The translations under genes and the position numbers were made by a program. A stretch of DNA of 64,000 bases from Octopus bimaculoides (Eukaryota), in NCBI RefSeq assembly GCF_001194135.2, contig NC_068981.1, forward strand, positions 79,274,240 to 79,338,239, read 5' to 3'. This document shows positions 49,282-62,159 of the stretch, in pieces. Position 1 is the first letter of the stretch. Each line of letters opens with the position of its first letter. The notes beneath the pieces are model-generated. The model was not told where the DNA came from. It was given only the letters and a program-made list of their open reading frames with translations, and searched no databases.

Positions 49282-49494
49282 CTGTGTGTGTGTGTCTGTG
49301 TTTGTCCCCCAACATCGCTTGACAACCGATGGTGGTGTATTTACGTCCCCATAACTTAGCGGTTCGGCAAAAGAGACCGATAGAATAAGTACTAGGCATC
49401 CAAAGAATAAGTCCTGGCATCGATTTACTCGACTAAAGGCGATGCTCCAGCATGGCCACAGTCAAATGACTGAAACAAGTAAAAGAATAAAAGA
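49058..49494 (+). mobile_element. SINE family A, young full-length copy
   Basis: aggcgcaggagtggctgtgtgg..gtaaaagaataaaag; CpGs retained. Confidence 0.9.
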
Positions 49495-49719
49495 ATCCGA
49501 AGGACAGACAAACATTACAAAAATAGCGATTCTCACTTTGAAACTGACAATTTTGAAAATCTTTTTAGATTACGGAATGCCCTGTGCTCTCATGTATCCA
49601 TGCTTAAAACTTCAGTGCGATCGGATGAACAATACTCGAGTTATAAACGCACAAACAGACAGACAGAATGGGATTTATATATTAGATATACAGTATATCA
49701 TTTGTAGAAAACATAAATC

Positions 49720-50170
49720 TGAAAGAAGAAGCACACTCTAAGCCGGTTTATGGAATTACATTAGGTTTCCCGTCCAAAAAGGATTTGGCGTTGTGGCGTA
49801 TCGTCAGATCCCAAAAACCTGATAGCCCATCACACTATCCATTTGTAATAACAAAATATGAACTCCTATCGGAATTTACATACCATGGACAAGAAGCCTT
49901 TTTACCCATTCTACACAGCACATTTCCTGGATAACGGAACAGCAGCTTTAACATCCAACATATATTTTTATTTTCACATTTCCCCTTTATACTTCCTATA
50001 TCTCTCCCTTTCCAAAATAACTTCTTATATTGAACTCTGCTATTTCCTTCTAGTTCTCTCTCATATCGTCTCTGATGATGGGATATCTTTTATATCCCTG
50101 AAACAGCTGTAAGACTACCTTTCTTTTTATAAATGTCCTATAAATTTCATATTGCTTTGGTTTTGTTGGC
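49720..50170 (+). mobile_element. Probable 3' end/pLTR of a Penelope-like element
   Basis: EAFLPILHSTFPG* weakly resembles a GIY-YIG C-terminus; pyrimidine-rich UTR followed by an intact hammerhead. Confidence 0.45.
50068..50115 (+). ncRNA. Type I minimal hammerhead ribozyme with intact core
   Basis: GTCT CTGATGA T GGGATAT CTTTT ATATCCC T GAA ACAGCTGT A|AGAC: stem I 4 bp, stem II 7 bp, palindromic stem III, GUA cleavage after 50111. Confidence 0.8.
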
Positions 50171-50734
50171 TCATTTTATTTAACACACATACACACATGC
50201 CAACATTCATACTGTGGGGTTTCTATATACGAACATAATCCGTTCCAAGCCTCACTCTAATCTCCGCATAAATGTCATATCAGTCAATTCACCAATAGTA
50301 AATACACACACACGTACGTACATACATACATACAAACATACATACATACATGCATGCATACATACACACATTAAATACCTGGGTGCGTGCGCGCGTTTTT
50401 CATTGTTTTGCCTATGTTGATCTATTGATAAGTTTAACAAAAAATAAAATATGAAAACATGCAAGCTACTGGAAATTCGTACATGGTTTTCCCAGCCACG
50501 TATATGCGCGCGTAATTCATTCGTAGTTTAAATTTCGTTTACTGAATATATATATTCGTTCATCACATTTCAGGTTATGCGAGTTAAATTTTCTTTAAAA
50601 AAAAAACGGTTGTTATTCAATTTGTTCGTACAGAGAACCGTTGGTGTATGAGCATGTGTATGTGTGTGTGTGTGTAATTTTCAAAGAACATACAAATGAA
50701 AGTACATAAGAAATACATATATTTGATCTTAACA

Positions 50735-51289
50735 GGATCTTTTTTAAAACGGGGGCCACATTTTTCATTAATGTTTTACGTAGTGTTTTTGGTACCGAAA
50801 GACTTTCAAACTTCGTATACTTATCTATTTTGTGTTATAGAACAGAAAAATAATTTTGTATTCGAATTTATTTCATGTAAAAAATTGTCTTATTTCGATA
50901 ATTTCAACCAATCACTGACAAGTATTCAGTTGTTTATATTTACTCCTTTGGCTGATTAAGCCATAGCTTCGTTTTATTTGCTTTTTTCATTTTCTTTTTT
51001 TTTCTTCGTTTTATTTGCTTTTTTCTTTTTAAATTTGCTGTTTTACCCTAACCCTATCACCGATAGAATTGTTTCAGAATCGTTTGTTTATGTAGTCGGC
51101 ACTTAATGTATATCGGCTGAATGGACGTCAGTGATTGGTTGAAATTACAGAAATACGACAACTTTAACATGGGATAACTTAGGGATTTCTGTTTTTTTAA
51201 AGAAGACTAAGAGAAAAAGATGTTTTATATGACACATTCTACCAGTGTTCCAAGTTTCAAAGTGTTTCGTTAATGAAAAATGTGGCCTC
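50735..51289. mobile_element. GG-ended MITE, copy 1 (right TIR truncated)
   Basis: Starts GGATCTTTTTTAAAACGGGGGCCAC; reverse complement of 54086-54676. Confidence 0.85.
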
Positions 51290-51929
51290 CTTAGTTTTGT
51301 TCTTTATAACAAATGAAAGTAATCTAAACTCACTGACCGACACAATCACGAAATTCGTGTAATTTTATTGCATTGAAGCTCAACGCACTTCGATCATTTT
51401 TATGTGTCTGTGCTTTTCTGGGCAAGAGATATAGAGAGGAAGAGTCCATTTCAAAACACCGACAATTTTTAATTAAAGTATCTTATTATTTTTTTTAATG
51501 TAGTTCGTTAACGAATGTCCTTGGAATTACTGATTCTGCTGTTTCAAATGCTGTTCGTGTCACCGATAATAGCAAACCTCTCTCAGCTTTGTTTTTATTG
51601 GGTTGTCTGGAAAGTTTGTGCCGATTTATAGTAGCTTACCTTTCGACTTATTTGCCATGAAACCACCTCAGTTCAGGGAAGAGGGTATTTTCAAGTTAAA
51701 GGAAAGATGGAGACGCATTGTGCAACAAAATGGTTCATATTTGGTTGATTAAAAATGTAATGGCAAGTATTTATTGACCTTTTTTTTTTCCCTTTAAAAA
51801 TCGGCACGAACTTTCCGGACAACCCAATAGATATGAGTTATATCTTCTGTGTCGTCGACTTCACCACCACAAATAAAAATAGCATGGGAAGAAGTTTTTC
51901 AATCCAAACAAGGAAGGCTATACAGTTAT

Positions 51930-52000
51930 GCCAACCAGTCAACCAGCCAGCCAATCAACCAGCCAATCAACCAGCCAATCAACCAGCCAGCCAGCCAGCC
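51930..52000. repeat. (CCAG)n/(CCAGCCAATCAA)n minisatellite
   Basis: Direct reading. Confidence 0.85.
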
Positions 52001-52496
52001 AGATACACCAGTCAACAAAGTCTCTACGTCAGTCATGGGCGAATTGAATGGCACACATCAGTTTTTTTAGTAACATAACCTGCCTAATAACACCGGTGAA
52101 CAAGTATTTTTCATCAAGCATATGTCAAGGTGTACCAAGTGTAGTTTTTAATGCTGATTTCAAATATACAATTAGACGTACAGTTTTCAAGATGAGAAAG
52201 TTTTTTGGTTTTAGCTCATGCTTTATATAGAAATTCCAATTAATGTCATGTATGCATGTATTTCATTTACATCATGGAAGCATACCTTTAAAATAAACTT
52301 CATTATTCATTGCTGCATATATTTCAGATGCAATATTTCACCATCTTAAATTAACCAATCAGGTCTGATGAAATAGGTATTTCAACATCTCAAATTGTCC
52401 AGTCAGAATTGGTCTGATGAAATATTTCATCATCTCAAATTCAATATAAGTATAACCGTTTGTATCTATTTCCTTACTTCTTTTATAGTGTTAACG

Positions 52497-54043
52497 ATGT
52501 CAAGAGAGTATAGAAATCGTCTATAGAGAGTATAGAAATCTATAGAGAGTATAGAAATCGTCTATAGAGAGTATAGAAATCTGGACAATTTATTGTGAAA
52601 GCTCAAAGACGTACAATAACACCAGAGATCAAGAAGATTTATAAGCTACACTTTGACTGTCCTCTTGCAGATCAGGGCAAGTTATGGGCACCACATTTTA
52701 TCTGCTCAGCTTGCTCAAATGGTTTACGTGACTGGTTCAATAATAATAATAAGTCCATGCCTTTTGCCATTCCAATGATATGGAGGGAGCCGAAAGACCA
52801 TTTTATTTTTGCAAAGTAAATGTCACAGAATTTCTATGAAAAATAAACACAAAATTGTGTATCCCAAATTGGATTCTACAACGAGACCTGTGCCTTACAA
52901 TGGAAGTCTGCCAATTCCAGTTCCACCAGATGATAGTATTGAAACATCAGACGATGATGCTGACTGTCACGATAGCTTTGAACCTCAGAAATTTTCCCGA
53001 GCTGAAATGAATGACCTTGTCAGAGACCTATCCCTCTCAAAAGATAAAGCAGAACTGTTGGCATCAAGACTGAAGAAGTATCTGCTAGAGCACGGTGTCC
53101 GTATAACTTATTTTCGGCAGAGAAATGTGGTTCTACAAACGTGTTTTTCTTTTACAGTAACATCGATGGACTTTTCAAATGATTATCACAAAATCATGAA
53201 CCTACAGAGTGGCGTTTGTTTATTGACACTTCAAAACGAAGTTTAAAAGCTGTAGTTCTCCATAATGGTAATTTGAAGCCCTCCATTCCTATTGCACACT
53301 CCGTTCATTTTCATGAATTATATGAGAATATAGAACTTTTACTTCATGCCATTGCCTATGAAAGATACACATGGAAAATATGTGGAGATTTAAAAGTCAT
53401 TAGAATGTTAATGGGAATGCAGTCAAGTTTCAGAAAATACTGTTGTTTCTTGTGTCTATGGGATAGTCGGGCAACTGACAGATATTATTCAGAATCAAAC
53501 TAGCAGACAAGAACATCATACCAGCCAGGACTATCTAGCGTCAAGAATACACCTCTTGTAGATCCATGTAATGTCCTATTGCCTCATTTGAACATAAAAC
53601 TTGGACTGATGAAACAGTTTGTAAAGACACTAGCGAAGAGAAATGCCAGAGGATTTGAGTATATTGTAGAAAAGTTTCCCAAAATCACGCAGGCGAAGTT
53701 GAAAGAGGGTATCTTTGTCGGACCCCAACTTAGAGAAGTACTCAAAGATGTCAACTTCAAGACAACACTGGATGAACTGGAACTGCCTGCATGGAATGCT
53801 TTCAATTGGATCTGTGAGAATTTCTTGAGCAGCAAGAAGGCAATGGACTACAAGGATGACATCAAGAATCTTCTGAAATGTTACTCAAAAATGGGTTGTC
53901 GCATGTCACTGAAAGTTCACTTCCTGGACTGCCATCTGGCTTTCTTCGCAGATAATCTTGGAGGAGTGTCTGACGAACATGGTAAAAGATTTCACCAGGA
54001 CATTAGTGCTATGGAGAAACGGTACGAAGGCTTCAGGAATTGA
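52497..54043 (+). pseudogene. Chapaev3-like transposase remnant (C-terminus resumes at 55301-55353)
   Basis: WAPHFICSAC, MPFAIPMIWREPKDH, ELLASRLK, FIDTSKRSLKAVVLHNGN, ICGDLKV, KLGLMKQFVK, KLKEGIFVGPQ, SDEHGKRFHQDISAMEKRY; tail PDQEHRRKPKSQCF*. Superfamily assigned from motif recall. Confidence 0.8.
52503..52582. repeat. Four 19-22-bp tandem duplications at the transposase start
   Basis: agagagtatagaaatc(gt)ctat repeated four times. Confidence 0.9.
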
Positions 54044-54085
54044 GACTTACCAACTTCGTTCAGCAGTATTACGGCAACCTCCTTC

Positions 54086-54676
54086 GGATCTTTTTTAAAA
54101 CGGGGGCCACATTTTTCATTAACGAAACACTTTGAAACTTGGAACACTGGTAGAATGTGTCATATAAAACATCTTTTTCTCTTAGTCTTCTTTAAAAAAA
54201 AAGAAATCCATAAATTATTCCATGTTAAAGTTGTCGTATTTCTGTAATTTCAACCAATCACTGACGTCCATTCAGCCGATATACATTAAGTGCCGACTAC
54301 ATAAACAAACGATTCTGAAACAATTAACCCTAACCCTAACTCTAACCCTAACCCTAACCCTAGGGTTAGAGTTAGGGTTAGGGTTAGGGTTAGGGTTAGG
54401 GTTAAAGCAAATTTAAAATGAAAAAAGCAAATAAAACGAAGAATCGTTTGTTTATGTAGTCGGCACTTAATATATATCGGCTGAATGGACGTCAGTGATT
54501 GGTTGAAATTATCGAAATAAGACAATTTTTTACATGAAATAAATTCGAATACAAAAATAGTTTTCTGTTCAATAACACAAAATAGATAAGTATACGAAGT
54601 TTGAAAGTCTTTCGGTACCAAAAGCACTACGTAAAACATTAATGAAAAATGTGGCCCCCGTTTTAAAAAAAGATCC
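54086..54676. mobile_element. GG-ended MITE, copy 2, with ~37-bp TIRs and 8-bp TSD CCTCCTTC (Merlin-like)
   Basis: TSD at 54078-54085 and 54677-54684; TIR GGATCTTTTTT(T)AAAACGGGGGCCACATTTTTCATTAA. Confidence 0.9.
54324..54405. repeat. Head-to-head (TAACCC)n-(GGGTTA)n telomeric-type palindrome inside the MITE
   Basis: Centre ccctaggg 54358-54365; the variant taactc is mirrored as gagtta. Confidence 0.95.
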
Positions 54677-55899
54677 CCTCCTTCTTCGTTGCCACCATCA
54701 TGTCCTTAACGTCGTTAACATCATCTCTCTAAGTACACGACTCAGCAAGCAACTCGCCCAGGTTCCAACATTTCCCTGTTCGTGAATTATTTCACTACGG
54801 ATCAACAACGAATATACAACCTGTATGAACTCCTGTATCAAGTGACCCAGAAGGCAGCATCACATAGACGACTTCACGGACATGTACCTGTAATCGGCTC
54901 AGCATTATGGCCGTGACTTCTTGATACAGTATTTCAACCACGGTGTACGACTGACTACGAACTGGTATTATTCATCCTTCTTGTGCCTATGAACTTACTT
55001 CTCACTTCGATGGCTCATGGACTTTTTCACTGTCTCCTTCTTCATTGCCATCCTTATATGTTCTTAACACGCGCATACATTTTGTTCTCATGACGGCCTG
55101 TCTATTATTCTGTATACATGATGCACACACAGACACACATGTTAACATGTCAATAAATGTTCTCTTAATCATTCTATTCGGCTGTGTTTCTTTTCCCCTC
55201 AGACACTTGTATGTTTTATCTAATTCTCTTTATTGTAACGACCGTGTGATATGGTACAAAGGTGCCATCCTCGTCATCTCACATTACACAGTCCCTTACA
55301 ACAGTTTACCAGATCAGGAACATCGCAGGAAACCCAAATCACAATGTTTCTAACTCCGTTGTTCTTACTTTGTCTGTTTTGTCTGACCCATTTTTTGTAT
55401 ATTCACTCTTTGTAGAATGATAGTGATGATTTTTAACTCAATAAACTCATTTACCTTCTAAACATAATATGACCTTATTTATTATGTTAATGATTTCATA
55501 TATACAAATATGTAAATATTTTCATGTTTCTACCGAGAACCTGATACGTACTGCATACAAATTGAGTGAAATTTTGAAATCAGCATGAAAAATTTGTTTA
55601 TAATTGTTGGTTTGCATTCATAATGAGTAGAATACATTTAATTTTGTTGACCAGTGAAATGAGCCATGTATCATGCATCCCGCTTCTCGAAAACGGTTAC
55701 CCATGCCTGCTTTACGTGTTCAATTAACTTACGAAAATAAAAAGCAGTGAAATCTCCCTACTGCCTTAAAAAGAGGATCTGAAACATTGGTTAATGCAGT
55801 CCTAGATAGACTATACCAAAAATATGATGAAATAATCATGACTGGAATACTTTTGACCATAGGCTTACTTGACTAGGGCTGACTCAAGCTAATCAACAG

Positions 55900-56050
55900 C
55901 AATAATCGAATAGTGCTTGCTTGGACCGCGGCCATGCTTAGGCACCACTTTGAAGGGATTTAGTCGAACAAATCGACCCTAGTACTTAGTTTTAAAGCTT
56001 GATTCTTACTCTATCAGTGTCTTTTGCCGAACCGCTAAATTACGGAGTTG
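55900..56050 (-). mobile_element. SINE family A 3' fragment
   Basis: gaccgcggccatgc..ttagtcgaacaaatcgaccc..gccgaaccgctaa. Confidence 0.75.
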
Positions 56051-56924
56051 GTAGCCAAAAGCTTAATGAATCTTGATACCCCATACGTCAAAAACGGCAA
56101 CTTGGTTTTGAAATACATATGGAATATACGCGCGCGCACACACACACGCAAACTCTCTTATATATATATAAGACCATCACATGAATTTCACGTAAAACCA
56201 AACAAGCGTTGCAAAAAATAATTTTTGTTTACTTAGAATTAATTTATCATTACTGTAAAACATCAAATTTTGTGTTTTTAACGTTTTAAAATGATAATGG
56301 TTGAGCTTACATTCGTTGCGAATTTATGATGACAATACATTTGGATCGTACCTGCAAAGTTTTATAAGCGTACTTTTCGAAGTGCCTGCAGTACATTAAA
56401 TCCAGATACAACTCATTCGCAAGGTAAGATGTACCTGCGTGATATCGTTGGAAAGACCATAAGACATAGCATGTCATGGATCGAAGATTTACTTCAGATT
56501 AGTTTTCATGCGACTCTTTTGTCCCGACAAATTCGGCCACTGAATTTCATCGTGTTTGCATATTTTGTGATTCCGTTACAGCAAACATCGAAAACTTTTG
56601 TTGCGTCCACAAATTATGGATTAAATTACGTCGCCCTTTTTGCTAAGAAAACAAAAATGTTTTAGTGATATTCCTGTCTCCATGTTATATGTACAGGCCG
56701 TGACAGAATCACACAGTTCTATGTGACTCACAGAAACTCTGTGAAACAAGCATACCTGCTTCCTAGGGTTTTTTCTGTTCTGTTAGACTGTTCTGAATTG
56801 TCATATTTAAACAATCATGTTTATCATTCATCTTTTTGTTCAGATTGAACACGGAGAAAGCAGCAGTTGAACAGTAGAAGAGCGTGGATGAAAAACAGCT
56901 GAATAGAAAGTAGATGAAAAACAC

Positions 56925-56976
56925 CTGTGTCTCTGACGAAGCATATAAAGCAACGAAACCTTCACGAAGACAGCAG
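56925..56976 (+). ncRNA. Possible decayed hammerhead ribozyme
   Basis: Stem I CTG-TGTCT/AGACA-g-CAG, CTGACGA core, GAAAC; stem II weak, no NUH triplet. Confidence 0.3.
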
Positions 56977-58647
56977 CTCGTTTACAAATAATGAAAGCGC
57001 ATTAAACTACCAATGAGCAAGCACAGGTTCGCATGTGTTACCCGAATGAGGAAGTCACCGTCTATTCTCCTTATGTATGCGAATCAAGTACCAGTAAGGC
57101 CAGAAGCTAGAGCGTTCCGTGCGCTTCCTATAAGTGACGGAAAGGAGTTTTCATAAATAAAGATACATTCACGCAACTTGTCTTTCTTGTGCGATTTCGT
57201 CATGCGATTTCGTCATGCAATTTCAATTAACGATTACTAATTAAATACCATTTGTCTTCATTGTTTTTGCAATAATCATTCCAATAGGTTATGCTTGTCA
57301 GTACAAAAACATCATCGTGACATTTTTGGAAAATAACTTGAAAATAAGACACTAAATCCTGAAAATGCCTCGCAAGTGGTAATTCTGTCACACTGGAATT
57401 TATAATCACACAAACTTTCAACCACCTTGTCATCCCAATTGATTTCCGAATCTTTCTTTTATGGTTGTGTAACGAATAGTTTTCTACATTCTAAACCAGG
57501 AATCGAAACCGAATCTACATTTTTCAACAAGTTCTTTTCCTATTGTTCTCAGCTTTTACCTTAAGAAATTAATGTAAGTCAACTGTCACATTCAGTAAGG
57601 TTTTTATCGTCTAACCCATTCTTGGATTAGATAGGATCAGGAAGATAAGAGACGGAAAATGCTTTGTCGAGTATGATCTAATTTAGTTAGAAAAAATATA
57701 AATGCAGAACTCAAAATCTCTCTCTCTCTCTCTGATCACTTGGTGCGTAGCTGAAGAGCATCTATTTCTCTCCCTTCACTTATGGCTTGTCATCGCGCAA
57801 CAATACAACTTTCACCCTATCTTCTTGTCAGGCCAAAGAGGTAGACTCTAACTCTTTCTCTCACTCCTTTTCCCATCAGTCTTCTATCAGTCAACAAAAG
57901 ATGAATTTAACTACTTACAGATTGAATAACAGAAGGGCAAATTATCATTGTGTAACAACTCGAAAAAAGTTGTATCTTACATTATAACGATGAAAATAAA
58001 TGACCATTTCAATTAATTAATAATGATTTTCTTCCTCTCATTTTAATGGCTACATGCTATCGGTATAGATGCGTGGTGAACCCTAGAATTACTTAGACAG
58101 TTTGTAGTAGACATATGATGAGGAGTGTTAATTTCAACGAAGAAGTGTGTGTATCTAAACCTTGTAAAATATTCTAAATAACAACAAACCAAATAATTTT
58201 CATCGTTGAGATGAGTCAGAGGAGGCTGGATGATATTTTGTCAGCCAGCAACAGGTTGATTCACATGTTGATAATGATAAGAATCTTGAACAATAGGATG
58301 CCTCCTAAAGGCAGCTGTCATCTAGCTGGAGAATAATATTTTCTTTAGTCATCTGTCCTTAAGTTACAGGTGATCAAATCAGTGTGGCCTTTTACCTTTG
58401 ATTGCCACCTCGACAAGAACTAACAATGATTAATCACCAGGTCTACGACATGTACATGTATTTCTTCACAGCCAATGAATGACAATCACTTGTCTGAATA
58501 TTGGAGAAACTTACATGCATCTAATATTAATACTTAACAAAAAAGATGTCTTGAGAAAAGTACTTTATATTTACACAAACTTCCCTGTACAAAGACGGGA
58601 ATTCTGTGGATCAAGAGAAAAAGTTGAATGAGAGAGAGAGAGGGGGG

Positions 58648-58789
58648 NNNNNNNNNNNNNNNNNNNNNNNNNNNNNNNNNNNNNNNNNNNNNNNNNNNNN
58701 NNNNNNNNNNNNNNNNNNNNNNNNNNNNNNNNNNNNNNNNNNNNNNNNNNNNNNNNNNNNNNNNNNNNNNNNNNNNNNNNNNNNNNNNN
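58648..58789. other. Assembly gap
   Basis: Run of N. Confidence 1.
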
Positions 58790-59589
58790 GACTACCTTCT
58801 CCGCGTTAATATTGACAAAGAATATTGACCGATGACATTCTGTTCATTTTTATTCGATTTGAGTTTTGAAATAAACTCGTTGATATTAAACATATTTAAT
58901 TAGGTGCTACTACATTTGGATGATTGCTTTCGTTTGTTGTCCTCTGTGGATTTAATTACATTTAGGATTAACTGCAGATATATTTTCAAATAAAATTGTA
59001 CATGATTAAACTGATTCGGTAGATAAGCTTTTGAAAATTGCTGTACCTAATTTGTAAACTAAAAATAGGTTTGTGTTGTGTTTTTGAGAATGAAAATTAT
59101 TATTATTATTTTTCAATGACAAGCACATCAGAAATAAATAAGTACTTGTTGGGTGAGTTGTCACGAAAATAAAGTGTTTCATAACTAACTAAACTATCAT
59201 CTGTCCAAATACACACAATACACAAACTACCTTTTATACAAGTAGACACGCGTGCGCGCATAAACAAACTAGCTTTTATACAGACACACACACACATATA
59301 CACACTCATGACAAACAACGAACAAGAGTACAAAGTATAAAATAATATACCTTGAGGGCAAAACAGGAGAATTGGCTTTCGGACATTGGTCTTTCGCCTT
59401 TAGACCCGCATCACGTATAAACAGAGAAAGAAGCGAACAGTACATGAGATTTAACTGACCTTTAAACAACTGGAGGTGTTTGTTCCAGGTGTATTAGAAA
59501 CTGTAATCTTTTTTTTACTGACACAAAGTTATCAAAAACAATGATTGGAGGATAAAAATTAATTAATGAACTATTGTTTGATAAGAACA

Positions 59590-59674
59590 GGATGGATCGA
59601 GAAATTTTCACGAACGAAGAACCAACGGCTTCTGTGATGAACAGTCGCGAAATTCAAGGCTCGATTTCGAGATA
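59590..59674 (+). CDS. Candidate first coding exon of an unidentified gene
   Basis: ATG..MDREIFTNEEPTASVMNSREIQGSISRY G|gtaaaa; CpG-retaining patch followed by CpG-poor DNA. Confidence 0.3.
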
Positions 59675-62159
59675 TGGTAAAACATTTCTCTCATTTATTC
59701 TTCTTTCATCCTTCCGAGGTTTTGTTCATAGCTTTATCATTCTTATTTTAACTTGTTTTTGTTTTGTTTCGATGAATTTGTTTTTGTCTTTTATGTTCAT
59801 GTAGTTCGTTATGACTTAATAGTTTGCAAGATTTAGTATCGTATACTATGGACTGTTAAAAAGATTATTTACGTAATATTTTCGATGCTACAGAATTGGA
59901 ACAGGCGGAACATTCTAAACTTTTAATTGTTCAAACACACACACACACACGTGTACGATGATCCTCAATCAATGAGAATGTAGAAATGCATTTTCATTTC
60001 TATTGTACATTTCAAGTCTCGACTTCGATCGACTTTACCTGTCATTATTTCTATATACAATAAAGTATGTACTTGACAAAAACTAAGATCGTTTAAATCG
60101 AATTTACCTTGTAAGAGTCTTGCACCAATGTTACAAATATTTATAAACATTCAAAATCTTATCATTCAAGTACTGAAGGGATTTAATCAACAATACCCCT
60201 AATACCTACCCCACATCAAAATGTCTGGCTTTGTGCCTATATTAGAAATCATTATTATTTGTTATATTCGCAAATTTTATAAATATATATATCTTCATAT
60301 TTATAAATATTATTTTCCTTAACATGTTTTGCTTTTTTTCATTATCACATAAAACAAACTTGAAAGTTGGTGGGACTATTTGGATAAGAAATCTGTGTGA
60401 AGTGATATTTGTGTCTTATTTTAATATTAGGGACCCTGTACAAGTTAATTGATATCAAATGATCGACCGTAGTTTTGGTGTAATAAATTGTAGGATATTA
60501 CTATCATAGTTTTCTGAATATCTGCTATACTCAGTAATATCTACACTACAGTTCGATATTCGATCGTAATCAGTCGTTTTATTTCTGGTTATGTACAAGA
60601 TCCCAGGCTGGGACGATGTATCTAGTTATGACATTTAATTTAGCTCATACATAATCAATTGTAGGATATATTTTTTCTCGACCATAGTTTTTAAGCTAAA
60701 TTACAACTCCATCCTTATATCTCGGGGTTTAAGCTCCTAAATAGAAAATTTTCAAATCGGAAAATATGTTGGTTGATTCTTGGTGCATGCAAAGATATGC
60801 ATCTTTCAGAAAAGTTACGAAGAAACAAGTTCGCAGAGTAGGGTGTATAGAGCACTAAACTGTAATTATACTTCAGTGTTGTAGTCGGGTTGTAAAATAG
60901 CTGATGAATAACGACATTTGGTGGGCTGAGCGTTATGTTCACATTGACCACACTAATAATGGTATTAGTTCTCATATATTTTTATTAACCTGGAACATTT
61001 GTATTTACATATATGAGACAGTTGAATAAATTGATCAGCATTCAAGAGATAAATGAATGAAATAAGTACAAGTTAATCCTAAACTCCTAACCCTAACTTG
61101 CGAAACTTCATTTCCTCATAACTTTTTTTAATAACACATTTTGCATGCGTAAAAAAAATCAACGAACTTATTTTCCATTTTGAAAAATGTTTGTTTGTTA
61201 GCTGAGGCGTCACATCTCTCTCTGTACCTGGTTTACATTAACTCTTTCCTATTCAGATTATTATATCATATGTCATGCTTATTTATTCCCATTGTTTTTT
61301 AAAAAAACCTAAATCATCTCATACCTTCCAGATTTTGATGATGTGATTGTATAAAACACACATAGAATACTGCTCAAAGATCTGAAATGCTGCTTCTACA
61401 CACATGCACACACTTAAACATTCAAAGGAAGTTCATCAAGTTGATAGGAGGTGATGGAAACACTGATTCGCCAGTTCATTATAACTTCAGACTCAAATTT
61501 TATTTCTTCAGTGTTTCTTCTACCATAACTACAAGAGCCTCTATTCTTCTGCACAATCTAGTTGTATCCCCTGTTCACTCCAAATCCATCAGATTTAGTT
61601 GTCTCGTTTCCATACATTATCCCTCATGTCTCACCCTTAATACATGGAATATATTTACATTTTGTCTGGTACACTTCAAATATTCCAGCTCATTTACTCA
61701 GGTTTGCTAAACTGAGTGAAGGATACTAGAGGAACAGTTGTAAATACTTTTAAGATAATAATTGAAAATGCACTGATATAACTGAAAGAATTTATTGAAA
61801 ATAAAAGCATTAAAAGAAGTATGAGTTTAGTGGTCCAAAGTATGTTTATTAAGGATATTAGTGGTGAGAATAATTTTGAAGGAAAAATGAAATACTTTTG
61901 CTAGTTTTAACCTACAGAGGTTCAAACAATCTCATCAGTCTGGGAAAGCCTTATGGACACTACTCTTCTCCTCTGACTAATTAATTTGAGCAGACTGTTA
62001 GATGTAGTTATTCACTGCTAGTTACAATGCACTTCCTCACATTGTTGCATTGTTGTAACTTTTGAATAATGCTACCCTGCTGACTAGGTGGGCAAACAGG
62101 CTGACTAATTAAATTAATTACTTGAAAACTCCCCCGCAAAAATAACAATTCCAAATGGT

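Larger units (their letters stand above)
54044..55300 (+). mobile_element. LTR-like insertion related to the 10332 LTR
   Basis: Shares atgacggcctgtct, cgaccgtgtga and the gtcccttaca end; 5' end unclear. Confidence 0.55.
51331..55656 (+). mobile_element. CMC/Chapaev-like DNA transposon with nested insertions
   Basis: CACTG..CAGTG ends (cactgaccgacacaatca versus cactggtcaacaaaatta, 13/18); the 5' boundary is tentative and no TSD was found. Confidence 0.5.

Noticed and set aside
54324-54405. Ancestral chromosome end-to-end fusion site
   Set aside because: It lies inside a MITE with TIRs and an intact 8-bp TSD, and is only about 80 bp.
60715-60975. 86-aa minus-strand ORF with N-glycosylation sequons
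   Set aside because: No clear splice sites or homology; this length is expected by chance.
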